From the NCBI GenBank assembly GCA_023954715.1, contig JAGSHD010000001.1, positions 492,468-556,467 of the forward strand: a DNA stretch of 64,000 nt, read 5' to 3'. This document shows, in pieces, positions 49,560-59,218 of the stretch (positions are counted from its first letter, which is position 1; the number at the start of each line of letters is the position of its first letter). The position numbers were made by a program, and so were the translations under genes. The notes under the pieces were generated by a model that made no database searches, was not told where the DNA came from, and saw nothing but the letters and a program-made list of their open reading frames with translations. The DNA is from Candidatus Cloacimonadota bacterium (GTDB lineage Bacteria > Muiribacteriota > UBA6191).

Positions 49560-49952
49560 TTACTTTTCAATTTCTGAATCTATTATTCCGTACAACACAT
49601 GAGAGTGAATTGGTTTATTGCGAACCATAGAGTTTTCAAATAGATCTTGAGCACTTTTAAAACAAGGATCCAAATCAACATAAGGTATGCCGCTAATAAA
49701 AACCACTAAACACTTAGCAATCCAAGGACACTCATCCAGCATTTTAACCATTGATTGATAGCCAACGCCATCAGGTAGATTAAAATCCGCAATGATAACA
49801 TCATAAGTCTTTTTAACTACGATCTCTTCGAATTCTGCTACTCGATACACACGGTCAACAGAGACTTTTGAGCCATATCGAAGTAATATTAGCTCACTTA
49901 AAGAATCAGAAACTGCCAATTCATCATCCATAATTAGTATATTTAAACTCAT
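49560..49952 (-). CDS. Single-domain response regulator (receiver)
   Basis: Start set at the ATG (MSLNILIMDDE…) preceded by AAGGA. The acceptor region is VIIADFNLPDGVGY. Confidence 0.72.
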   Translation of the reverse strand: MSLNILIMDDELAVSDSLSELILLRYGSKVSVDRVYRVAEFEEIVVKKTYDVIIADFNLPDGVGYQSMVKMLDECPWIAKCLVVFISGIPYVDLDPCFKSAQDLFENSMVRNKPIHSHVLYGIIDSEIEK

Positions 49953-50249
49953 AGTGTTCCTTGTGTATTGTATGCGTTGATAATAGGTCATCACATCCAT
50001 TTATGCTAAGCTAAAAAACAAGTAAATTCAAGGGTTAATAAGAATCTAGCGTCATAACCCAAATTTATACAATCTATCTTAGCAAATCTCCATTAAGTTT
50101 TCATCATAATTGATACCAAACTAACATTTTTTTGCTTAATAAAGACAAATTTGTAGTATTTATTATGTGTATGATATTTTACCTTCACACGATATAACTC
50201 AAAACTCCTCAAACAAGCCACTTCAGGCTTTTTAATTTATGGGATTCCA

Positions 50250-51674
50250 ATGATTAAGCTTTTCATAATTTTACTTAATTTTATTTTAGTACCAGCTACT
50301 TTCTCTCAAGATAATTATTATATTTGGCACTGGCATCTCAACTATGGTTTCGATAAATCTAGTTTAAAAACACTGCAAAGCATACCTATAAAAGGCCTAT
50401 TCTTACACTCAGGGAAGTTCTCTCGTATAGATAACTCTCCGTCTTTTGAAGGAATTAAAAAACGTGGTAACTTTATCAATGACATTAAAAGCTTAGAAAA
50501 TTATTTCGAAGAAATTCACCTATGTTATACCTTTGGAAACACTAGTACAAACCAATTTGTACGAAAGTATCTCAATACTCAGCCAAAAAAAGCAATTGAC
50601 TATATAACCAACAGAATTTCTGACAATTTCAATTTCTACAAGAGTTTAAACAAAAAGATCCAAGGTATACAAATTGACCTTGAAGGATCTGGCATTAATT
50701 TTGATATTTATAAGCAATTAATTTTAAACATTAAAAAAACTATCAAGCCAAAATATGTTTCTATTACTCCTATGTCCTCTTGGATTAAAAAGACCAAATT
50801 TAAAAAGCTAGTCCGTGAATGTGATTTTATTGTCCCTATGTTGTATGACTATTTTCGTGGAAAAACTCCACAACAAAAATTAAAAGTCACAGACTATCAT
50901 TGGCTTAAATCTATGGTAACAAAATATGCAACTTTAGATACAAAGGTGATTCATGGTCTACCCACTTACTCCTACAGCATATTATATGACCATAAAAACA
51001 AAATGCGAGTCCCATGGGCTGTTTATAATCCAAACTCTGTCACCGAAAACAAGCGTTTTAAATTAACCAACTCCACTTACGGAACATCAAACAATCAAAA
51101 CATGCGAGATCGGGTAATTTCTTATCAATCAATCGGGGACTTTAGTTTTAAGTCCCAAAGCTTTAAGAAAAACTCCACCATGAAATACAACTTTGTTTCT
51201 GCTAGTGCCTTAAGTCAATATATTGAAGCTATCCGTTCAATGAGCTCAGATAAAGACACTAATATTGCTTTTTTTCGATATGGAAAACCCTCGGAGGAGC
51301 TTGTTTTAACTGCAAAAAAACTTAAACAAGCTGTACGATCTAGTTTTCCTGCTACCTTTAAACTCTCCATTAAAAAACTAGCTACAGATAATGGATTTTA
51401 CCTCGTTTTTAAAAACTTAGGTAGCTCTACATACTTTGGTAAAACCGGGTTTAAATTAAAGTTTACCGACTCTACTCTGATGGATTCCAACTCTGATTTT
51501 GACTCTTACACTAACACAGAGTTGATAGAAGATTACTTTCAAAACAGCGAGATATTAGTTACTCCAAAGTTTTTGAAAAATCCGCATTTTTCACTACAGT
51601 TTATATTAGAAAATGGAATCACAATCAATAAAGAAATTTTAATGAATAAAGACCATTTAATTTTGACTAAATAA
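50250..51674 (+). CDS. Secreted GH18-like (chitinase-fold) protein with altered catalytic motif
   Basis: Signal peptide MIKLFIILLNFILVPATFSQ. QGIQIDLEG aligns with the GH18 DGxDxDWE motif, with D→Q at two positions and the Glu retained. A downstream PMLYDY resembles the GH18 MxYD motif. Tentative. Confidence 0.45.
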   Translation: MIKLFIILLNFILVPATFSQDNYYIWHWHLNYGFDKSSLKTLQSIPIKGLFLHSGKFSRIDNSPSFEGIKKRGNFINDIKSLENYFEEIHLCYTFGNTSTNQFVRKYLNTQPKKAIDYITNRISDNFNFYKSLNKKIQGIQIDLEGSGINFDIYKQLILNIKKTIKPKYVSITPMSSWIKKTKFKKLVRECDFIVPMLYDYFRGKTPQQKLKVTDYHWLKSMVTKYATLDTKVIHGLPTYSYSILYDHKNKMRVPWAVYNPNSVTENKRFKLTNSTYGTSNNQNMRDRVISYQSIGDFSFKSQSFKKNSTMKYNFVSASALSQYIEAIRSMSSDKDTNIAFFRYGKPSEELVLTAKKLKQAVRSSFPATFKLSIKKLATDNGFYLVFKNLGSSTYFGKTGFKLKFTDSTLMDSNSDFDSYTNTELIEDYFQNSEILVTPKFLKNPHFSLQFILENGITINKEILMNKDHLILTK

Positions 51675-51690
51675 GTACAAAGGATTAAAC

Positions 51691-52350
51691 ATGGAAGCAC
51701 GTTTTTGGGAAGATAAATGGGAAAATAAAGTTATTGGTTTCAACCAATCTACGGTAAACCCGTTTTTAAAAGAATTTGGAAATTATTTTAAAGAATCTAC
51801 TGGAGATATTTTCGTACCACTGTGTGGTAAATCTATTGATATGCTATATCTACAAGATCAAAGTAAAAAAAATATTATTGGATCCGAACTAGTCGAATCT
51901 GCTGTGATAGAATTTTTTAATGAAAACTCCATCGATTATCAGGTCCAAGCAAAAAATAGTCTAAAAGTTTATACATCTAGCAATTATCAGTTGATTCAAG
52001 GGGATATATTTCAAATTTCAAAAGATCAATTACAATCGGTTCAATGGGTTTATGATCGAGCATCTATTGTAGCTCTGCCCAAAGCCATGAGAAAACAATA
52101 CGCCGAGTTTTTGATACAAAATGTACCCCAAGCCAATATCATGTTTATCTTGTTTGAGTATGATGATAGTAAAAAGCTAATTGGACCTCCGTTTAGTGTT
52201 ACTTCAGATGAGATACAGGAGCTTTTTTCGTCTCATTATTCAATTGAGCTGATCAACTCTCATCAAACAGAGCCAAAGAGACCTAAGTTTGTTGAACAAA
52301 ATATCAAATTAATTTCAGAAAACACTTATATTTTGAAGCCACTTACATAA
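51691..52350 (+). CDS. tpm: Thiopurine S-methyltransferase family protein
   Basis: WEDKWENKVIGFNQ…FVPLCGKSIDM…GPPF closely parallels the TPMT signature (WQDKW…FFPLCGKAVEM…GPPFYV). Confidence 0.85.
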   Translation: MEARFWEDKWENKVIGFNQSTVNPFLKEFGNYFKESTGDIFVPLCGKSIDMLYLQDQSKKNIIGSELVESAVIEFFNENSIDYQVQAKNSLKVYTSSNYQLIQGDIFQISKDQLQSVQWVYDRASIVALPKAMRKQYAEFLIQNVPQANIMFILFEYDDSKKLIGPPFSVTSDEIQELFSSHYSIELINSHQTEPKRPKFVEQNIKLISENTYILKPLT

Positions 52351-52360
52351 CGAGTTACTG

Positions 52361-52621
52361 CTAAATTCCTTGTCTTGGCCTTTTAAAAAAGGCCTCTCTG
52401 ATACTAGATATACCAGTAAACTCTTCATCTTTCACTGAGGTTAAGGGTGAGATGCTAATACACTCCCAGCCTAATCTGCCTAAGTGATTCATCGCCATAA
52501 CGTAATCTCTTAACTCTCGTAATTCACAGGTTTTTTCACTATGGAAAAAAAAGCGAGGTTTGCCAGACTCATCTACCTCACTCGTTAGTTTTCCGTATTC
52601 CCATTTTTGTTCTAATGCCAC
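52361..52621 (-). CDS. Small hypothetical protein (86 aa)
   Basis: Compact ORF with no recognisable motif. Possibly DUF4177-like. Confidence 0.4.
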   Translation of the reverse strand: MALEQKWEYGKLTSEVDESGKPRFFFHSEKTCELRELRDYVMAMNHLGRLGWECISISPLTSVKDEEFTGISSIREAFFKRPRQGI

Positions 52622-52700
52622 AAATTACCACCATATTAAGTTAAAGTAACCAATCAGTACAACATGAGGGACAAAGCCCCTTTTAAAACAACAGTATAAG

Positions 52701-53738
52701 TTATTTAACTGTTAGTTCCATAGACCCATTATACTGAAAAGAGGATTTATATTCTACTAGCTTAAATCCCATTTGGTCAAAAGCATAACAAATCGATTTT
52801 TTTGAAAAATATTGTAAATGCTCACATACTTGCCACATAGGGTCTTGTGTTTTACACAATCTACTCATAGCACTCTCAAAATTAGGTGTAGAAATCCATA
52901 GTTTTCCATTACAAGATATTAATTTTTTTAAATTCTTTAATAATGAGATAGGATCAATCACATGCTCTAGCACATCCCCCATCAAAACTAAGTCATAACT
53001 ATCCTGAAACTCCATATCTTCAATGCTTTGATTATAAACATTTATATCAAAAGTTTTCTTGAGATTGGCGCAGTAACTATCACGTATTTCTACAGCACTT
53101 ACATCTAAACCAAACTCCAACGCTACAGCAACTTGCTCTCCAGCCCCCGCTCCGATTTCCAAACAAGTTTTAATATCTACATCTTGTGTAAGTGTAGATA
53201 ATACTTGCCCAATTTGAGCTAAACGGTGAATTTTTGGCTCTTGAATCACCGATGAATCCGTTTTTGACAGTATATGAGTTAAGTTTTTTGGAATCAAAGA
53301 GGCAAAGATATGTGAACAATCCAAGTTGTTACATTGACGCCATACGCGGATTGGGTCAAAACCATCAATAAAGTTTGCACTAACAGCAATATTATAAACG
53401 GAGTGATCTTTAGCACCACTTGAACAAATAGGACAAGTCTTTATCTCTATTTGCTCCGGTACATGATATAAATAATTTCTATGAGAGATTTCAGCGGGTA
53501 ATAACTGTCCACATAATGCAGCATTTGTTGTAAATGCTAAACGATGATACTTTTCTGATAAAAAGACATCGTTTTTTCTATTATAAATCTCTCCCAAACG
53601 AAAGTAAGCTAAAGCACTAGCTTCAGCAAGATTATAAGTCAATATCTTCTCAAAGGTAGCTTGAGCTTGATCATCTAGCTTTTGTTGTAAAAACGAATCA
53701 GCTAACTGAATTTGACTTTGTATCTCACCCACATTCAT
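52701..53738 (-). CDS. Class I SAM-dependent methyltransferase with N-terminal TPR-like and zinc-ribbon segments
   Basis: CPICSS…CNNLDCSH (putative Zn ribbon). LEIGAGAGEQ (motif I). LVLMGDVLEHV (motif II/III region). Confidence 0.75.
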   Translation of the reverse strand: MNVGEIQSQIQLADSFLQQKLDDQAQATFEKILTYNLAEASALAYFRLGEIYNRKNDVFLSEKYHRLAFTTNAALCGQLLPAEISHRNYLYHVPEQIEIKTCPICSSGAKDHSVYNIAVSANFIDGFDPIRVWRQCNNLDCSHIFASLIPKNLTHILSKTDSSVIQEPKIHRLAQIGQVLSTLTQDVDIKTCLEIGAGAGEQVAVALEFGLDVSAVEIRDSYCANLKKTFDINVYNQSIEDMEFQDSYDLVLMGDVLEHVIDPISLLKNLKKLISCNGKLWISTPNFESAMSRLCKTQDPMWQVCEHLQYFSKKSICYAFDQMGFKLVEYKSSFQYNGSMELTVK

Positions 53739-53741
53739 ATC

Positions 53742-56213
53742 TTACGCCTTTTTAAGTATTAAGTTTAAGAGTTTACCTTTTACATGAATTTTTTTAACTA
53801 TATTCATACCCTCTAGGTAACCTTGAACTTTAGTACTTTTGACAGCAGCTGCAAAAACTGTATCATCATCTGAGTCTTTAGCTACTTTGATTTGCTCTCG
53901 CACTTTTCCATTAATCATAACAGCCATTTGAATCTCGTCTAGTTCTAAGAACTTTTCGTTTACTTCTGGCCATACCTCTAAACTTACTGATTTTGATTGC
54001 CCTAGTGTCTCCCACCATTCTTCACAAATATGAGGTAAAAAGGGAGATAAAATAACAACTAAGTTTTTCAGTACAAAAGATAATACTGCTTGATTTTGTT
54101 TATCAGGATCAACAGCTTTTAAATAATCACTTACGGCGTTGTATAACTCCATGATACGCGCGATTGAAGTATTAAACTGAAATTTCACCACATCAGTTGT
54201 AACACCTTTTAAACTATTGTTATATACAAAAAGTAACTTCTTTTCATCAGAGTTTAAATCATCTCCAAATGCATCACTCACTCCAAAAACATGCTTTTGA
54301 TCTTCAAGAAGCCTTGCTACTCTATCCACAAATTTAGACATGGATTTGATACCACTATCATCCCATGGTCCGCCATCCACATAGCTAAATCCAAAACATA
54401 AATATAACCTTAAAATGTCCGATCCATAATCTTCAACATAGCCATCGGGAGAAACAGAGTTACCCTTAGATTTAGACATCTTTTGTCCATCGGATCCTAA
54501 TATCATTCCTTGGTGAGTTAATGAAGTGAATGGTTCTTCGTGTATAGTATGACCTAAGTCTTTCATTACCATATTTACAAATCTAGCATATAATAAATGC
54601 ATACAGGCATGCTCTGGGCCACCCACATATTTATCAACAGGCATCATCTTATCAGTAATACCTTGCTCAAATGCTTGATCATTATTACCAACGTTAGGAA
54701 ACCTCAAATAATACCAAGAAGAGCACATAAAAGTGTCCAAAGTATCTGCTTCTCTTAGAGCTGGTTTTTTACATTGTGGGCACTCTACATTCATAAAAGA
54801 ATCACAAGCTTTTAATGGAGACTCACCCATTGGCTTAAACTCAACATTTTCTGGTAAAGTAATTGGTAGTTGATCCTCAGGAACAGGTACAGAGCCACAA
54901 TCATCACAATGAATAATTGGAATCGGTGAACCCCAATATCTTTGTCTAGAAATTAGCCAGTCTCTTAATCTAAAATTTACTTTAGCTTCGCCTTTATTCA
55001 TGGCCTGTAAATCATCTGTGATTTGTTTTTTCACATCTAAAGAAGATAAACCATCATACTTTTTGGAATGAATCATTTCACCTGCATCGGTAAAAGCTTT
55101 GTCTAAAGTCCCTTCTGACTCCCCTTTTTTAACAATAACTTGTCGAATCGGTAAATCAAAAGCATTGGCAAAATCAAAATCTCTTTCATCGTGGGCAGGA
55201 ACAGCCATAACTGCACCAGTACCATAAGAAAATAGTACATAATCACTTATCCAGATCGGTACTTTTTCTTGATTAATAGGATTAATGGCATAGGCTCCTG
55301 TAAAAACTCCTGTTTTTTGATCACTGACTGTCAAACGATCTACTTCTGAGACTTTCTTAGTTTGCTCAATATAATCTAAAACAGCCTCTCTTTGAGAGTC
55401 ACTTACGAAGTTTAAAACCTCAGGATGCTCTGGAGCAAATGTGACGTAAGTACAACCATGTAAAGTATCTGGACGAGTAGTAAATACTTTAAAGTCAATA
55501 TCAAGTTTGTCTACTTTAAACTCTATTTCAGTACCAGTGCTTTTACCAATCCAATGCTTTTGCATCGCTAGGGTTTTATGTGGCCAATCTAAACTATCTA
55601 AGTTACTTAACAACTTATCTGCATACTCTGTGATTTTTAAAAACCATTGATTTAGATTTTTTTGAATAACAGATGAATCACATCTTTCACATGCTCCATC
55701 TTTTACTTGCTCGTTAGCCAATACTGTTTGACAACTATTACACCAGTTTACAGGAGCCTCTTTTTTATAAGCTAAGCCATTTTTAAATAACTCTAAAAAA
55801 ACCCACTGTGTCCATTTATAATAGTCTTCTTTAGATGTATCTAAGGCATAGTCAAAATTATATGATACTCCCATTTTTTTGAATTGGTTCATCATATAAT
55901 TAGCATTTTTAGTTGTTGACTCTTTTGGATGTATACCGTGTTTAATAGCAAAGTTTTCAGCAGGCAGACCAAAAGCATCAAATCCCATAGGAAAAAATAC
56001 TTTTTTGCCGTTCATTCTCTGATAACGAGTCCAAGTATCCATCACACCATACTGATACCAATGACCCATGTGTAACTTATCACCAGAAGGATACGGAAAC
56101 ATTACCAACACATAATACTTGTCATCTAGTTTATTTACGTCTACAGAAAATAAAGAGTCTTCTGTCCATCGTTTTTGCCATTTTTCTTCAATTTCATGAT
56201 GGTTATATGCCAT
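53742..56213 (-). CDS. leuS: Leucine--tRNA ligase
   Basis: YVLVMFPYPSGDKLHMGHWYQY (HIGH-type) and KMSKSKGN. 823 aa with an editing-domain insertion. Confidence 0.95.
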   Translation of the reverse strand: MAYNHHEIEEKWQKRWTEDSLFSVDVNKLDDKYYVLVMFPYPSGDKLHMGHWYQYGVMDTWTRYQRMNGKKVFFPMGFDAFGLPAENFAIKHGIHPKESTTKNANYMMNQFKKMGVSYNFDYALDTSKEDYYKWTQWVFLELFKNGLAYKKEAPVNWCNSCQTVLANEQVKDGACERCDSSVIQKNLNQWFLKITEYADKLLSNLDSLDWPHKTLAMQKHWIGKSTGTEIEFKVDKLDIDFKVFTTRPDTLHGCTYVTFAPEHPEVLNFVSDSQREAVLDYIEQTKKVSEVDRLTVSDQKTGVFTGAYAINPINQEKVPIWISDYVLFSYGTGAVMAVPAHDERDFDFANAFDLPIRQVIVKKGESEGTLDKAFTDAGEMIHSKKYDGLSSLDVKKQITDDLQAMNKGEAKVNFRLRDWLISRQRYWGSPIPIIHCDDCGSVPVPEDQLPITLPENVEFKPMGESPLKACDSFMNVECPQCKKPALREADTLDTFMCSSWYYLRFPNVGNNDQAFEQGITDKMMPVDKYVGGPEHACMHLLYARFVNMVMKDLGHTIHEEPFTSLTHQGMILGSDGQKMSKSKGNSVSPDGYVEDYGSDILRLYLCFGFSYVDGGPWDDSGIKSMSKFVDRVARLLEDQKHVFGVSDAFGDDLNSDEKKLLFVYNNSLKGVTTDVVKFQFNTSIARIMELYNAVSDYLKAVDPDKQNQAVLSFVLKNLVVILSPFLPHICEEWWETLGQSKSVSLEVWPEVNEKFLELDEIQMAVMINGKVREQIKVAKDSDDDTVFAAAVKSTKVQGYLEGMNIVKKIHVKGKLLNLILKKA

Positions 56214-56367
56214 GATATCCTCGTACGCTCAAGTTTTAATTTTTATAGTGCCGATCAATAATTTCGAGACTGAATAACACTACATTTTCCAAATAATTTC
56301 GTTATTGCAGATTATATTATCATCATTAAATCAAGGATGAAACCTAATAATTGATGATTAGTATTTT

Positions 56368-56655
56368 TTAAGACCGAAAAACGATATAATCTAGATCTTC
56401 ATGAATGATTAAACCATTTCTAAAAGATAACTCTTGCAGAATTTTTTTGTTTTTTAGGTAAGGTTGAATAAATAAAAGTAACTCATCCAAACTTTCAATT
56501 TCAGATAAGAGATCACAGATTAAATCAATCTCATTTTCGTAGCTTCCCACGTAAAACTCTTCAAAATTTTCTATTTGATCTTCTGGGTAGTGCTCTAAGA
56601 AACACTCTAACTCTCTACTACCAAACTGAGATAGTATCATTTCATTTGCTTGCAT
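56368..56655 (-). CDS. Small acidic hypothetical protein (95 aa)
   Basis: Acidic, helical composition with no motif. It is flanked by ~115-150 nt non-coding gaps. Confidence 0.4.
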   Translation of the reverse strand: MQANEMILSQFGSRELECFLEHYPEDQIENFEEFYVGSYENEIDLICDLLSEIESLDELLLFIQPYLKNKKILQELSFRNGLIIHEDLDYIVFRS

Positions 56656-56773
56656 TTTGATTCCTTCAATAATTTTAATTCATTGAAAGAATCATAAGTG
56701 CTTTAATCAGTTTTAATAAGAATTAGTAAAAGTTTTATACTAGATTAGTAAAACTTATTGTGTTGACTAAATA

Positions 56774-57379
56774 TTAGAGGCCTCTAGGCTCTAAACCCTT
56801 TGCGATCCGCTCTTTGTCGCCATCTCGACTACCCCGTAATGAGTTAATTAGTTTGGTATCAACCAAATGTCCTCTTTGACGATATAATTCATACATAATC
56901 ATTGATGCTGAAACGGAAATATTATAACTCTGAACCATACCAACCATAGGAATATACATTAATTCATCACAAAGTTCTTTTAGCTCTTTACTCAAACCTA
57001 ACTTTTCAGAACCCATCATTACGATCGTCTTTTTCGAAAAGTCATAATCCATAACTGTACCCGCAGTAGAATCCATGTAAGTACCTACTAAAGTATAGCC
57101 CTCCGCTTTTTTTTTCTTTGCAAACTCTACTGGATCTTCTACCTTACAAAAGTCCATCCATCGAGTAGCACTCGCACTAGATTTATGCCCATGATAATCA
57201 AACTCAGGAAACTCATTATAAGTATAATACAAATGAATTTTTGAAATACCTAAACCATCTGCAGTACGAGAAACGGCTGCAACATTATGTGCATCACATA
57301 CATTGTCTAAAAGTATTTCAAAGTCAGGTATCTTATTACTATGATATGCTTCGATCATCTTTTTTCGACGCTCGTTCAC
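56774..57379 (-). CDS. SpoU/TrmH-family RNA 2'-O-methyltransferase
   Basis: NVAAVSRTADGLG (motif 1) and a C-terminal SpoU knot region (LVGTYMD…IVMMGSEKLGLS…YIPMVG…SYNISVSAS). Confidence 0.8.
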   Translation of the reverse strand: MNERRKKMIEAYHSNKIPDFEILLDNVCDAHNVAAVSRTADGLGISKIHLYYTYNEFPEFDYHGHKSSASATRWMDFCKVEDPVEFAKKKKAEGYTLVGTYMDSTAGTVMDYDFSKKTIVMMGSEKLGLSKELKELCDELMYIPMVGMVQSYNISVSASMIMYELYRQRGHLVDTKLINSLRGSRDGDKERIAKGLEPRGL

Positions 57380-58374
57380 TGCATAATCCTTTGAGATTGA
57401 AAATACACACCTTTTAATGCACCACTAAAACCATCCACAACACCTGATTTGCCAATAGCTAGTTCATCACCTAAAGCATCGTCTTCATATTCACAGATGA
57501 ACTCCATGCATTCGTCAATAGAATCTGCATAAACTTCATACTCTCTATAATATTCACATCTTTTTGAATGTGTATGAGAAACCTGCATTGGAGCACAAGA
57601 CTTAACAGATAAATGAAATAGTTTTGTTTCTTCGCCTTTAGGTGTGTTTTTTAACTCTCTCATTAATTGTAAAGCTTGATTTGGAGTCGGGTCTAAGATT
57701 TTTAGACATGGATAGAGATACTTACTAACCAAAGCTTCATCTTCTTTTAAACTTTGTAAAGCCCTAGCTAACTCATAATGCAATTTAAAAGCTAGCAATC
57801 TCAACTCATTGGCTTCCATTTCGTGAGCTACTTCTTGAATTCTTTCAATCTCAGGAGTTAGATCTTCTTTAACCAATTCATGTTTTGACATGGCATTTTG
57901 ACATCCTGCCCACATTGCTTTTACCAACAAGTTAGTTTTTGTATCCGAAGTATCAATAGCATCTAATTCTTTTAAAGCCTCTTCGAACCTAGCAGACTGA
58001 TACAAGATAGTTGCTTTAGCAATCTGAATCGGATTAGTAGGAACTTCGTCAAATGTCTCTAACTTTTTATAAGCAATTAAAGCTTCATCTATATTGCCCA
58101 TATCTCTATGGGTATCTGCTAAGATTCGATAAGTAAAAAAATCGGGCTCACCATTTTCGATCAAGTCTTCTAGGGTTTCAATGGTTAAATCCATTCGTCC
58201 TTGGCCTTTATAAGCCATTGCCAGTAGAAAGTAAGACTCCTTTAAATTAACATCCTTTATCTTACTTGCTAACTTAATTGCTTTACCAAACTCTTTGTCA
58301 TTTAATAGATCTTGAATCTTTAATAAAGACTTTTTTTGAGCTGGATTTAATTTACTTTCTGTGGATGAAGACAT
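57376..58374 (-). CDS. TPR-repeat protein
   Basis: Multiple TPR-like units (YFLLAMAYKGQGRMDLTIETLEDL, ILADTHRDMGNIDEALIAYKKL). The stop overlaps the TrmH start (ATGA). Confidence 0.65.
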   Translation of the reverse strand: MSSSTESKLNPAQKKSLLKIQDLLNDKEFGKAIKLASKIKDVNLKESYFLLAMAYKGQGRMDLTIETLEDLIENGEPDFFTYRILADTHRDMGNIDEALIAYKKLETFDEVPTNPIQIAKATILYQSARFEEALKELDAIDTSDTKTNLLVKAMWAGCQNAMSKHELVKEDLTPEIERIQEVAHEMEANELRLLAFKLHYELARALQSLKEDEALVSKYLYPCLKILDPTPNQALQLMRELKNTPKGEETKLFHLSVKSCAPMQVSHTHSKRCEYYREYEVYADSIDECMEFICEYEDDALGDELAIGKSGVVDGFSGALKGVYFQSQRIMQ

Positions 58375-58571
58375 TGGTTCTCCTGATAAATGTATTTTTA
58401 AACTATCTTAAATATTAACAAATAAATAAGAGAGTTATAATTTTTGAAATTTTTAAAAATATAGGCTAAATTACTTTAAGAGTTATACTCTAAAACAAGT
58501 AGAATTTCCATAAAAGCTCTATTCGAGGATACATATTAGTTCAAGTATCTAAAGTCTGGATAATATTAATC

Positions 58572-58973
58572 TCAACTTGCTGTGACTAGTTTCAATCTCA
58601 CTAATTCTTCTAAAATCTTTGTTTTTGATAGTGGTTTTGTAATATAGGATTCACAGCCTGCTCTAAAGGCAGCCATCAAGTTACTTGAGTCCTTTAAAGA
58701 TGTAGTGATAATGACTTTCGCACCGGTTCCTAGTTTTATTCCGGCAGAGTGTTCAATGGATCTTATTTCTTTCAAGGCATCTAAGCCAGGAAGTTTTGGC
58801 ATACATAAATCTAAACAAATTAGATCATAAGGATCTTCTTCTGAAATTGCCATTTCTACGGCACAAATTGCCTCATCGCCATCAGATGCAATGTCAAGAT
58901 CACCATATCCGTCTAATATTCTAGATAATACTTTACGACATATAAAATCATCATCAACCACCAAAATTTTCAC
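58572..58973 (-). CDS. Single-domain response regulator (CheY-like receiver)
   Basis: MKILVVDDDFICR…LICLDLCMPKLPGLD…. Confidence 0.85.
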   Translation of the reverse strand: MKILVVDDDFICRKVLSRILDGYGDLDIASDGDEAICAVEMAISEEDPYDLICLDLCMPKLPGLDALKEIRSIEHSAGIKLGTGAKVIITTSLKDSSNLMAAFRAGCESYITKPLSKTKILEELVRLKLVTAS

Positions 58974-59218
58974 GACACTACTCCATTTGAAAGTCTGTTA
59001 CAAATATTAATCTTAAGCTCTACCACAAATCAAATGCATTTACTGCTTTAAACCAAACAAAGACACTACAATGTGTACAAATCATAGCTTTTAATGCTTC
59101 TCCAAGTATGCTGATTTTACTTGTGAAGCAATAAAACAAACGATAGACTGGTATATAGCAGGATTTTTACCCCTAGATTAAAAGTATTTTTACATACTTT
59201 AAAACTATACTCAAGAGA

